Shown: piece by piece, positions 29,193 to 41,044 of the stretch
Numbering within the stretch: the first letter of the stretch is position 1
How the letters are laid out: every line of letters starts with the position of its first letter
Origin: Pecten maximus
Taxonomy: Eukaryota
Assembly (NCBI RefSeq): GCF_902652985.1
Contig: NC_047015.1
Location: 41,416,001-41,480,000, forward strand
DNA: 64,000 nucleotides
Direction: 5' to 3'
Position numbers and translations under genes: made by a program
The notes under the pieces: generated by a model
Databases searched by the model: none
Seen by the model: the letters and a program-made list of their open reading frames with translations, nothing else
Told to the model about the DNA's origin: nothing

Positions 29193-32100
29193 ACAAATGT
29201 TTGATATTTATTACATTGATATTAGATTAGGTTATACCCAAAAATCAATAAAATATTCTTTCAGACATATGTTTGGCTGACTAAAAAATACATTATTTCA
29301 TTTGAAACTCTATACATAACATATGTTGCTTTAAATTGATTTTAAAATAAGTTTCTGAGTTGCTCCTGATTTATCTTACAGTTACCTCCCCTTAACCATA
29401 ATTTAAAGAACTCAAAATGCAAAATGTGTAACAAAACCTTTAAAATGTGGTTGAGTGCTACAAAATAGGGATTCAAATAGTGTATTTGCTCTATCGGACC
29501 ATACATCATCTAGGCTAACTATACAAATACTCAAACATCGCTATAGAACTATTGCAATGCCTTGATAGGGGCAGCAATATTTGTTTATAGGAGAGGGAAT
29601 ATTAATTTCGCACACTTTCGGTGTGTATTAAATACATTTCTATCAAATTCATCATGAGAAAGAATGCTCTCTTACCAGAGACATATATACAGATATATGT
29701 ATATATGTCTCTGCTCTTACATACAAGTGTGTATGGGCGGCCATTTAAGGATAAAATGCATACACTACTTAAGTAAGTCCAAAAGATTTGCACTTAAGTG
29801 CAAAAAAAGTTAACATAATTGCACAAGTTTTTTATCACAGAGCTTGGAAGCTGTAAGGTCATTTGTAGACAAACATTCTAAACAGAATCACAATCTGTTG
29901 ATGTCTTTGAATGCTTGGGTTGAGCTTATTGCACGAAGATTAAGCCAAATGGCACGATAAAAATAATCTTTAAAAAATATACACTGTATATGTGAAATTG
30001 AAAACTGTTGTTCAATATACTACCATTTCTGCTTTCAACAATGACCGACTCTACGGAGGTAATGTAAACAAGGCGACGAAAGTGACGGGGTGTCTGCAGA
30101 TCAACGCTGTTATTAGTTATTGGTGGATTCGTATTCAATTTTCATTATATTCTGATCAAATGATATTTTGCTTCAATAATTACAAATACACATGCAAATC
30201 AACAGCTTGGATTATTTTGAATAAAATAGTTAATCACTCGGAATCCATTTTCTCCGAAGAGAGCCGTGTCAGTAAGATTTTGATTTTATTTTCAAAACGA
30301 ACTTAATTGGAAGTGATATATTTCAAATGGCAAACATACGACGAAAGTCTGGCATTCGTCAACATATAAACAAAAAAAAACCGCACACTATTTTCAGCGG
30401 GGACCGGTAGGTAGGGAACATGTAGTTGCTTTTAGCAATATCCAACATTCTTTTGTTTCAGTTGTTTTAAATCCAATGCACAGGTCGATCCTATTAAGCA
30501 ATAATGTCGGGGAAGAGTGTACAAGAGGTTATAAAGAGACACATATGGTGAGTTTGTTGCTCTAAACGACTTCAATATTAAAGGGTAAGGGATAACTTTA
30601 ATTTCTCTGTACGGCCCAGGACAAGTATTGAATCATTTGTTACACTTTAACACCAATACACAGGTAAAATGTCTTCATGTCAATTCAGGTCAATTTCAGG
30701 TCATGTTCAGGTTAATATTTTTGACCTCGAGACTTTTGCCTGTGTAACACTAATACTTCTGTAGCTAGAGATAAGAATATCAGAAATGATTGAATATGAT
30801 GTTTTTCTTGATAGATAAGATGAAGACCCTACTGGTATTTACACGCAATCTATGGCGACGTGTAATATTGGTAAACGGTCTACATTGTCCATCCTTCTTG
30901 CCTCTGAATCTCTCCTACTTAATGTTAGCAAATCCACAATCGAGAAGAAAAGGAAAGCTTCAGTTGTTGAGATGAAAATGTTCCTTTTTTCAAATGATAT
31001 TTTACCATCGAGCGTAACAATCCTTATCTACTAAAATACAAATTATACACTTTCCGGTACAGTTTCTTCCTTTTCAGTCGGGACGCTATCCTACTAAAGC
31101 CGTGGAGAAAGAAAAGTCAACATTTTACATGCAAAGCTGGGGTATAATACAATTATATTGTCATCCTTTACATTATGATATTTGTATAACATATCTCGAT
31201 AGACATTCTCATTGTAGTATAGTGTTTATGTGACCATCACTTCTGTTTTGTATGCCCCGTATTTGATCCAAATACGAAATATTCCTCTATTATAATTTAT
31301 CTACACCTGTATGTTAATTGTCTCTGACACAAAATTACACGGGGAATGAAAATCTGTCCTTAGATAGGAATACCATAATTTTAGAACCGTCAAAAACTAC
31401 AGAACATTGGGCGAAACGTTCAGCAAATGTGTTGTATACAAAGCGACCTACCGTCAGGTAAATATGCTGTTGTAGATTTTTTTTCTCTTCCCATAGTGTA
31501 CAAAACATATAATGTATAGCACGGTTGTGTCTATAACGTCTTAATCATTACATTGTCATGACAACTATTTACAGAAAAAAATAATCTGATACCTTGATGG
31601 AGCTGGAACAGAGAAGGTTAGTATGTCCCATGGATATTGATAAGATGATCTGACTGACCTTTGACGTAGGAAGTCATCTCTATTGTTCACATATGTCATG
31701 TATATAAAGTATATAAAGATGTATTGAGTCGGTCACATTATTGTTAGGTATTTATTGAGAAGAGGGATTTATTATAACATGAAATAACGTGTCACCAACC
31801 GTCTTGCTTGAACTTTTGGAAGCATCTTTATTTAATGAAATGTGTTAAAAACAAAACCATATCAGCACAGTTCAATGCTAAGTAAAGATGGATGATTATA
31901 TTTTACATCCGTAAAGGAATTTATGAAATAATAACTCAAAACGAATTATTATTTTCGTATGCATTATGTGCAAAGGAATGTATTGTTTTGACATTAGTAT
32001 AACAATATAATGGCTGCTATATGTAGATATGCTTTAATACATCTGCTTTAGATATAAGATGAAACGAGGTAAATTGTTAGCAAGTTAAGATTTCATTGTT

Positions 32101-32844
32101 GAGCCATGTATGTAAACGATCGCGTAAACACAGGTCATCATACACTATTGTGTATGTTCTAACTGTTGATTCTTCTGACCACCAGCCTCTCATTTGTTTT
32201 TCAGTGAAGTAGCCACCAGCTACTACAAGGTACCCCGTCTCAAAATGAGATCATCTCATCTATCATTATCATCTTTTTTGTGAGATTTGCCTCCTGATCA
32301 ACATGTACTTGCTTATTTCCCTTCTGTTCTAATACTTGTAAAAGGTTTATAATGCGTTACTGAAGTCATTACACATAATTTTTTAATGTACATGTATATT
32401 TGAATTATAGAGGGGCATCGATAAGCTGTGATAACTATCGTCCTGCTCCTTTTTTTTTTATATTAATCATTAAATAAATTAATGTTTAGATTCAAACGAA
32501 TGTCTAAGTATGTCGTACTTGAGTACTGGTCTATAATGTATGTACTTGTTTGAAATAAAATGTCTATCATTTAAACATGTATGTTTTGTTTAATGCTAAA
32601 ATATAACCCTGATAAGCGACAGGAGACACTGATATATGTACTTAACGAACTCTCTGTAAATAATAATTTGATAATTTCAGTCAATATCGATAAGCACATC
32701 CTTGCGTCTAGACTTCAGTGTAACTGTATAATGTACAACACGTCGGCATCAGCTGCCTCTGTACTTTGTCCTTCAATATACATATGTGTATATATAGTTC
32801 GAATATAACTACACATTTCCTGTTTCAATCAAGAAATGTATTTC

Positions 32845-33087
32845 TTATCTGAAGAAAGAATGGCTAAGTGACATTGAAATAAATACAATAGTAGACAGTT
32901 GCACATTGGATAAAGAGTTCGGGAATGAAGCCGAGCCTCTTTCTGAGTTACACAGCGAGTTGGAACAGCACGAGAAACACTGCATCCTCTCGTAGCTCTC
33001 GTTGATACGGCGACAGTTGGGGCGACAGTGTTTCTGGCACCCGCGAGCATACGTGACGTCACCGGACACTGTTTCATACTTAATTAC
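32845..33087 (-). CDS. Ly6/uPAR three-finger protein A (LYPD6-like), last coding exon
   Basis: Acceptor tttacAG|GTA; encodes RGC-x3-C-x3-C-x10-C-x2-CC-x4-CN then a hydrophobic GPI-signal-like tail; stop at 32845-47. Confidence 0.88.
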   Translation of the reverse strand, partial: VIKYETVSGDVTYARGCQKHCRPNCRRINESYERMQCFSCCSNSLCNSERGSASFPNSLSNVQLSTIVFISMSLSHSFFR

Positions 33088-33795
33088 CTGTAAACACAAC
33101 AGTGAAATACTAGAAAAAAAGTCAAAGGATTAGTATCTGCGTCATCATAAAGTATTTATTAAATCGCCAACGTAAACTGATATCTGCCGGTAGATGTAAA
33201 CACAAGCATTTTTAGAAGTGTGCAAAATGATATAAAATCCAGCCAATGGTTTCGGTTATATGATATTATATACATCGCTTTTTTAATTATTTGCTTAAAA
33301 CTGGTATTCATTGTGATCATATCAATCTTTTTTAGTTTTTTTAAAAAATTATTGATCGACAGGAAATATCTATAAATACATGTCTTTAAATATGATCATT
33401 TACACAATTTAGAAATTAACAATACCGATATTGAAGGAGCTAAAGACTTCAGACTTTAGCTTAAAACTAGTGTTCCTATTGTGTGATATAGACACACATA
33501 ACGGCGTGGTTATTTTGTGAGATATTTATTATGTATGTGATCCACATGAACTAATTGTATTCTCCTGAAACATGCATTCTTTTGTATTATTTTGTATTAT
33601 TTTGCCAAGATTAACAAACAGCTAAACAAATATTACATGTCAACAGCAATGTCCATGGTTAGCCATGACACATCCTATAATACATCTGTTAAACTGGCAA
33701 GGGAAGTGATGATAGACTTGTAAAACATCACTAAGGTGAAATGTGAAAAAAGTAAGGATGACTACCGTTAAATAAAGACTGAAGCTGACACTCAC

Positions 33796-33971
33796 GGCAC
33801 AGAAGGCTTGATCCAGACGACAGACAGTGGTGGTTACTCCGGAGAGGTCGTACATGTCGCGACAGTTAGCAGTTTGGTTACATGTCCAACAGCGTAGGAG
33901 TTCCGCACTTACTTTAACTGCAGGGTCGATGGAAAGTTCATCCGACACATCCATTCCCGTCGTCAGCACAC
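33796..33971 (-). CDS. Ly6/uPAR three-finger protein A, middle exon
   Basis: Acceptor ttcacAG, donor GCC|GTGAGT; encodes LRCWTC...C...C...FCA; phase 1 in, phase 0 out, joins the last exon in frame. Confidence 0.88.
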
Positions 33972-34784
33972 CTGTGAAATACGTCAATGCTACTTTTAAA
34001 ATTTGTAATGATCATTTCCTGGTTGAACACGGATTCATTGCATCAGAGCGAGGACAGTTTGGATCGGTAAGAATGTTTTAGTTGCAAGTATTATTTGGCT
34101 CAATAATATACAGTTCAGAGTGGAGAAAATAATTCCGATTAGGATGATCTATGGCTTGCTAAAATCACCGCATGAAACATAAATGAGATTTTCGTTTTTA
34201 CTTAAGAATAATGAAAATAAAAATAAAATGGTTTGAATGTACTGAGAGTTCGGTATTTCAGTGTCTGAGCGAACAATCAAACTGTGTTTTCATCAGATGT
34301 ACTAAAAAGAAAGAACGAAAACAAAATACAATACAGTCATAATTAAGGTTACCAAGAAAAAAAACAGTGTCATCGAGTATGATAATTCCCGAGGAGTTTT
34401 CTATCATTTCTATTTCTTTTTGACATGTGGCTCTGAATAAACGGGATATTTTGATTGAACATAACTTAGACCATCATTGTTGCCGAGGGCTTCCCATTTA
34501 GTGACTTTGAATGCTACCACCCCTTAACAACAAACGGGTAATCTAAACTATCATAGTCTATTGCACCCTATTACGGGCGTATTATCATGATTTGGTAACA
34601 CATGATTTACTCACGCTCCGATTGTGACAAAGGTATCCACATATCTCTATACACAAAACAATAACAAACAAAATGCTGATGAGTGACTATTTGGCTAATT
34701 TGTGTCCTCCTACATGTTTTACATGATCTGGTATGCTTCTCTTGTCCCCTATGTTTATAGGGTAATGGATGAGTCAATCATACT

Positions 34785-36917
34785 ATCTGCTGTGTCTCGC
34801 TGAATGTTGAAATCTGTTGTGTCTCACTGAATGTTAAAATCTGTGGTGTATCACTGAATGTTAAAATCTGTTGTGTCTCACTGAATGTTACAATCTGTGG
34901 TGTATCACTGAATGATAAAATTTGTTGTGTCTCACTGAATGTTAAAATCTGTGGTGTATCACTGAATGTTAAAATCTGTGGTGTATAACTGAATGTTAAA
35001 ATCTGTTGTGTCTCATTGAATGTTAAAATCTGTGGTGTATAACTGAATGTTAAAATCTGTTGTGTCTCACTGAATGTTAAAATCTGTGGTGTATCACTGA
35101 ATGTTAAAATCTGTGGTGTATAACTGAATGTTAAAATCTGTGGTGTATCACTGAACGTTAAAACCTGTTGTGTCTCATTTTATGTTAAAATCTGTTGTGT
35201 CTCATTGAACGTTAAAATCTGTTGTGTCTCACGGAATGTTAAACTATGTTGTGTCTCACTGAATGTTAAAATATGTTGTGTCTCACTGAATGTTAAAATA
35301 TGTTGTCTCACTGAATGTTAAAATCTGTTGTGTCTCACTGAACGTTAAAATCTGTTGTGTCTCAATGAATGTTAAAATCTGTGGTTTATCACTGAACATT
35401 AAAATCTTTTGTGTCTCATCGAATGTTAAGATATATTTTGTCTCACTGAATGTTAAAATCTGTTGTGTCTCACTGAACGTTAAAATCTGTTGTGTCTCAC
35501 TGAAGGTAAAAATCTGTGGTGTATCACTGAACGTTAAATATGTTGTGTCTCACTTAATGTTAAAATATGTTGTGTCTCACTGAATGCTAAAATATGTTGT
35601 GTCTCACTGAATGTTAAAATCTGTGGTGTATCACTGAATGTTAAAATCTGTGGTGTCTCATCGAATGTTAAAATATGTTGTGTCTCACTGAATGTTAAAA
35701 TATGTTGTGTCTCACTAAATGTTAAAATCTGCCGTGTCTCACTGAATGTTAAAATATGTTGTTTCTCACTGAATGTTAAAAAATCTGTTGTGTCTCACTG
35801 AATGTTAAAATCTGTTGTGTCTCACGTAATGTTAAAATCTGTTGTGTCTCGCTGAATGTTATAATATGTTGTGTCTCAATGAACGTTAAAATCTGTGGTG
35901 TATCACAGAATGTTAAAATCTGTTTTGTATCACTGAATATTAAAATCTGTTGTGTCTCATCGAATGTTAAAATATATTGTGTCTCACTGAATGTTAAAAA
36001 ATCTGTTGCGTCTCACTGAATGTTAAAATATGTTGTGTCTCACTGAATGTAAAAAAATCTGTTGTGTCTCACTGAATGTTAAAATCTGTTGTGTCTCACT
36101 GAATGTTAAAATATGTTGTGTCTCACTGAATGTTAAGATCTGTGGTGTATCACTGAATGTTAAAATCTGTTGTGTCTCACTGAATGTTAAAATTTGCTGT
36201 GTCTCACTGAATGTTGAAATCTGATGTGTCTCAATGAATATTAAAATCTGTTGTGTCTCACTGAATGTTAAGATCTGTGGTGTATCACTGAATGTTAAAA
36301 TCTGTTGTGTCTCACTGAATGTTAAAAAATCTGTTGTGTCTCACTGAATGTTGAAATCTGATGTGTCTCAATGAATATTAAAATCTGTTGTGTCTCAATG
36401 AATGTTAAAATCTGTGGTGTCTCACTGAATGTTAAAATCTGTTGTGTCTCGCTGAATGTTAAAATCTGTTGTGTCTCACTGAATGTTAAAATCTGTGGTG
36501 TATCACTGAACGTTAAGATCTGTGGTGCATGACTGAATGTTAAAATCTGTTGTGTCTCACTGAATGTTAAAATCTGTTGTGTCTCACTGAATGTTAAAAT
36601 CTGTGGTGTATCACTGAACGTTAAAATCTGTTGTGTCTCACTGAATGTTAAGATCTGTTGTGTATCACTGAATGTTAAAATCTGTTGTGTCTCACTGAAT
36701 GTTAAAATCTGTTGTGTCTCACTGAATGTTAAGATCTGTGGTGTATCACTGAATGTTAAAATATGTTGTGTCTCACTGAATGTTAAAATATGTTGTGTCT
36801 CACCGAATGTTAAAATCTGTGGTGTATCACTGAATGTTAAAATATGTTGTGTCTCGCTGAATGTTAAGATATGTGGTGTATCACTGAATGTTAAAATCTG
36901 TGGTGTCTCACTGAATG
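34785..36917. repeat. 27-bp minisatellite (intronic to gene A)
   Basis: Unit CTGAATGTTAAAATCTGTTGTGTCTCA, about 78 copies. Confidence 0.96.
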
Positions 36918-37989
36918 GGGTTATATGGCCGAACAAATTACAGACATTATATCGAGACTGGCGTCACAGTAACACGCCAGGAAATACGTCAAGGACTTCA
37001 CAGCTTGTAATGTCATTATTACTACATTAGCAGTATTGTCATCAACGACTACATATACCCTCATATCGATTTCATTGAACCCTTTATTAATACAATAAAT
37101 TAATTTAGAAATAAATATAGAAATACCAGCAATGACGATGTTATTACTGAATGAATCTGTTTACCAACATAAAAAAGACACAGTGTACGGTCTATGTTGT
37201 GAAGGTCATTCCTGCGACAGTAGAACAACTACATCATTATGATCTAGGGCAATCAGAAAGCCATAGTTCATATCAGCAATGCGATATCATTAGAATCGCT
37301 AGTTTGCTTGGTTTTATCCGTTTTACAATCCTGATGTGAATTTGACCACAACATGAGTTTCTAGTTTCTCTTGCAATTTTGAGTAAATATAATTGATTGT
37401 TCAGGAATGTGAAGATGTGATTTACTTCCATAGCACATTTGTTTTATTTGAGTCTGCATGTTTCTTCTTCTTATGGTAACTCCCTTCCGTCAATAATGAC
37501 GATTTCATGTATATATATTTCATCAATACATATTTATCTTAATGTTGATGTTCAGTGCAACATATGAAAACGATACTGTTATATTATAAATGTCTCTTTA
37601 ATACTGGCTTCTGTCTTTGATATCTACACTCGCTAATGTTGATATTACCGATTTGTTGGTCTTTTAACACCCACACAACTCACTGTTTTAGAGAAAGCAC
37701 AGATTTTCGTCCTATTGAATTTGGCTTTGTATTGATGTTGTGAAGATCGCCAGACAACAAAGAAACGACAGCATCAATTATTCATAAAAAAACACACTAG
37801 CTTGTAGACTTAAGCCGGAGTCACGTGATGGCAAAACACGAACGGTTTTAGTTCTCCAGTATAACAGGATGTCACAAAATGGCAAATGTTACAAAGACTG
37901 GGCATTAATATTTGATAAAAACAATTATTCAGAACAAACAAATATTACTTAACCTTCGACTGATGTTTTGCATAAATTTTTCATTAAAA

Positions 37990-38750
37990 ACTTCACACCT
38001 ACTGATGTCACGGATGACTACATACCTACTGATGTCACGGATGACTACACACCTACTGATGTCACGGATGACTACACACCAACTGAAGTCACGGATGACT
38101 ACACACCAACTGAAGTCACGGATGACTACACACCTACTGATGTCACGGATGACTACACACCAACTGAAGTCACGGATGACTACACACCTACTGATGTCAC
38201 GGATGACTACACACCTACTGATGTCACGAATGACTACACACCAACTGAAGTCACGGATGACTACACACAAACTGGTGTCACGAATGACTACACACCAACT
38301 GATGTCACGAATGACTACACACCAACTGATGTCACGGATGACTACATACCTACTGATGTCACGGATGACTACATACCTACTGATGTCACGGATGACTACA
38401 CACCAACTGATGTCACGGATGACTACATACCTACTGATGTCACAGATGACTACATACCTACTGATGTCACGGATGACTACATACCTACTGATGTCACGGA
38501 TGACTACACACCTACTGATGTCACGGATGACTACATACCTACTGATGTCACGGATGACTACATACCTACTGATGTCACGGATGACTACACACCTACTGAT
38601 GTCAGGAATTACTACACACCAACTGATGCACGAATGAGTACACACCTACTGATGTCACGAATGACTTCACACCAAATGATGTCACGAATGACTTCACACC
38701 AACTGATGTCACGAATGACTACACACCTACTGATGTCACGGTTGACCACC
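37990..38750. repeat. 27-bp minisatellite (intronic to gene A)
   Basis: Unit ACACCTACTGATGTCACGGATGACTAC, about 28 copies. Confidence 0.95.
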
Positions 38751-38823
38751 TGATTTGATAAATTACTACAGAAATATTGAGATTAATTCAGTTGAATATT
38801 ACGTCAGTAAGAGTCATACATAC

Positions 38824-38908
38824 CTGACATCCCGAGGAACAGATACATGACATTACACACATCAATGGCTGTAGGCGTTGGCCCTCCGTGTACGACAAAC
38901 CTCCTCAT
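38824..38908 (-). CDS. Ly6/uPAR three-finger protein A, probable first coding exon (signal peptide)
   Basis: aagATG MRRFVVHGGPTPTAIDVCNVMYLFLGMS then CAG|GTATGT, phase 1; spliced product has VMYLFLGMSGVLT hydrophobic core; total CDS 504 nt = 167 aa. Confidence 0.6.
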
Positions 38909-39349
38909 CTTTATCTAATTATATTTGTAAAAGTCCACACAACTTCTACATGCTGATCATATAGCTACGATCATTAATGATGTTGAAGTATAAATAAAAA
39001 TGAAGTATGTTTTTGTCGTTATAAAGTTGTCAAACGATCCACTTCAGTAGAATGTCTTCTGAAGAGAACATTCATCAATTGCAAACAAAAACACAAGTTC
39101 CTCCGTGGGGAAAGTGACGATTGCTGGTTCTGATGATGTATTGGTCGACCGTTAGTCGACACGGCTAGCTCTAGTATGGCTAACGAGAGCACATCGTATC
39201 CATTCTCACGAACACCTTTGTGTGACTGAAATAGTCATAGCAACGAGTAATTCTATACAACAAAGCGTGTAATCCTTCTATTATCATGGAAAAGTAAATC
39301 CTACATTGGAGTTAATTATTACCCTGTATACAAAGGAGATTCTTAGCCA

Positions 39350-41044
39350 CAAATGCTGTACGCTTATAACCCTGTAACAAAGGAGAATCGTAGTTACCAT
39401 ACACAATACTGTACGCTTATTACCGTGTTACAAATGAGAATCGTAGTTACCATACACAATACTGTACGCTTATTACCGTGTTACAAAGGAGAAATGTAGT
39501 TACCATACACAATACTGTACGCTTATAACCCTGTAATAGAGGAGAATCGTAGTTACCATACACAATACTGTACGCTTATTACCCTGTAACAAAGGAGAAT
39601 CGTAGTTACCATACACAATACTGTACGCTTATAACCCTGTAATAGAGGAGAATCGTAGTTACCATACACAATACTGTACGCTTATTACTGTGTAGCAAAG
39701 GAGAATCGTAGTTACCATACACAATACTGTACGCTTATAACCCTGTAACAAAGGAGAATCGTAGTTACCATACACAATACTGTACGCTTATTACCGTGTT
39801 ACAAAGGAGAATCGTAGTTACCATACACAATACTGTACGCTTATTACCGTGTTACAAAGGAGAATCGTAGTTACCATACACAATACTGTACGTTTATAAC
39901 CCTGTATCAAAGGAGAATCGTAGTTACCATACACAATACTGTACGCTTATAACCCTGTAACAAAGGAGAATCGTAGTAACCAAACACAATACTGTACGCT
40001 TATAACCATGTAACAAAGGAGAATCGTAGTTACCATACACAATACTGTACGCTTATTACCCTGTAACAAAGGAGAATCGTAGTTACCATACACATAACTG
40101 TACGCTTATTACCGTGTTATAAAGGAGAATCGTAGTTACCATACACAATACTGTACGCTTATAACCCTGTAACAAAGGAGAATCGTAGTTACCATACACA
40201 ATACTGCACGCTTATTACCGTGTTATAAAGGAGAATCGTAGTTACCATACACAATACTTTACGCTTATTACCGTGTTACAAAGGAGAATCGTAATTACCA
40301 TACACAATACTGTACGCTTATAACCCTGTAAAAAAGGAGAATCGTAGTTACCATACACAATACTGTACGCTTATTACCGTGTTACAAAGGAGAATCGTAG
40401 TTACCATACACAATACTGTACGCCTATAACCCTGTAACAAAGGAGAATCGTAGTTACCATACACAATACTGTACGCTTATTACCGTGTTACAAAGGAGAA
40501 TCGTAGTTACCATACACAATACTGTACGCCTATAACCCTGTAACAAAGGAGAATCGTAGTTACCATACACAATACTGTACGCTTATTACCCTGTAACAAA
40601 GGAGAATCGTAGTTACCACACACAATACTGTACGCTTATTACCGTGTTATAAAGGAGAATCGTAGTTACCATACACAATACTGTACGCTTATTACCGTGT
40701 TATAAAGGAGAATCGTAGTTACCATACACAATACTGTACGCTTATTACCGTTTTATAAAGGAGAATCGTAGTTACCATACACAATACTGTACGCTTATTA
40801 CCGTGTTATAAAGGAGAATCGTAGTTACCATACACAATACTGTACGCTTATTACCGTGTAACAAAGGAGAATCGTAGTTACCATACACAATACTGTACGC
40901 TTATAACCCTGTAACAAAGGAGAATCGTAGTTACCATACACAATACTGTACGCTTATTACCCTGTAACAAAGGAGAATCGTAGTTACCATACACAATACT
41001 GTACGCTTATAACCCTGTAACAAAGGAGAATCGTAGTTACCATA
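39350..41044. repeat. 53-bp minisatellite, left arm (split by the Gypsy insertion)
   Basis: Unit CATACACAATACTGTACGCTTATTACCGTGTTACAAAGGAGAATCGTAGTTAC. Confidence 0.97.

Noticed and set aside
34615-34720. Alternative first exon for gene A (donor GC|GTGAGT)
   Set aside because: The hydrophobic frame has an upstream stop, no ATG and the wrong phase; 38824-38908 fits better.
37912-38753. Mucin/biomineral-like (TPTDVTDDY)n ORF
   Set aside because: 27-bp unit open in three frames, non-ATG start, lies within the predicted intron of gene A on the opposite strand.
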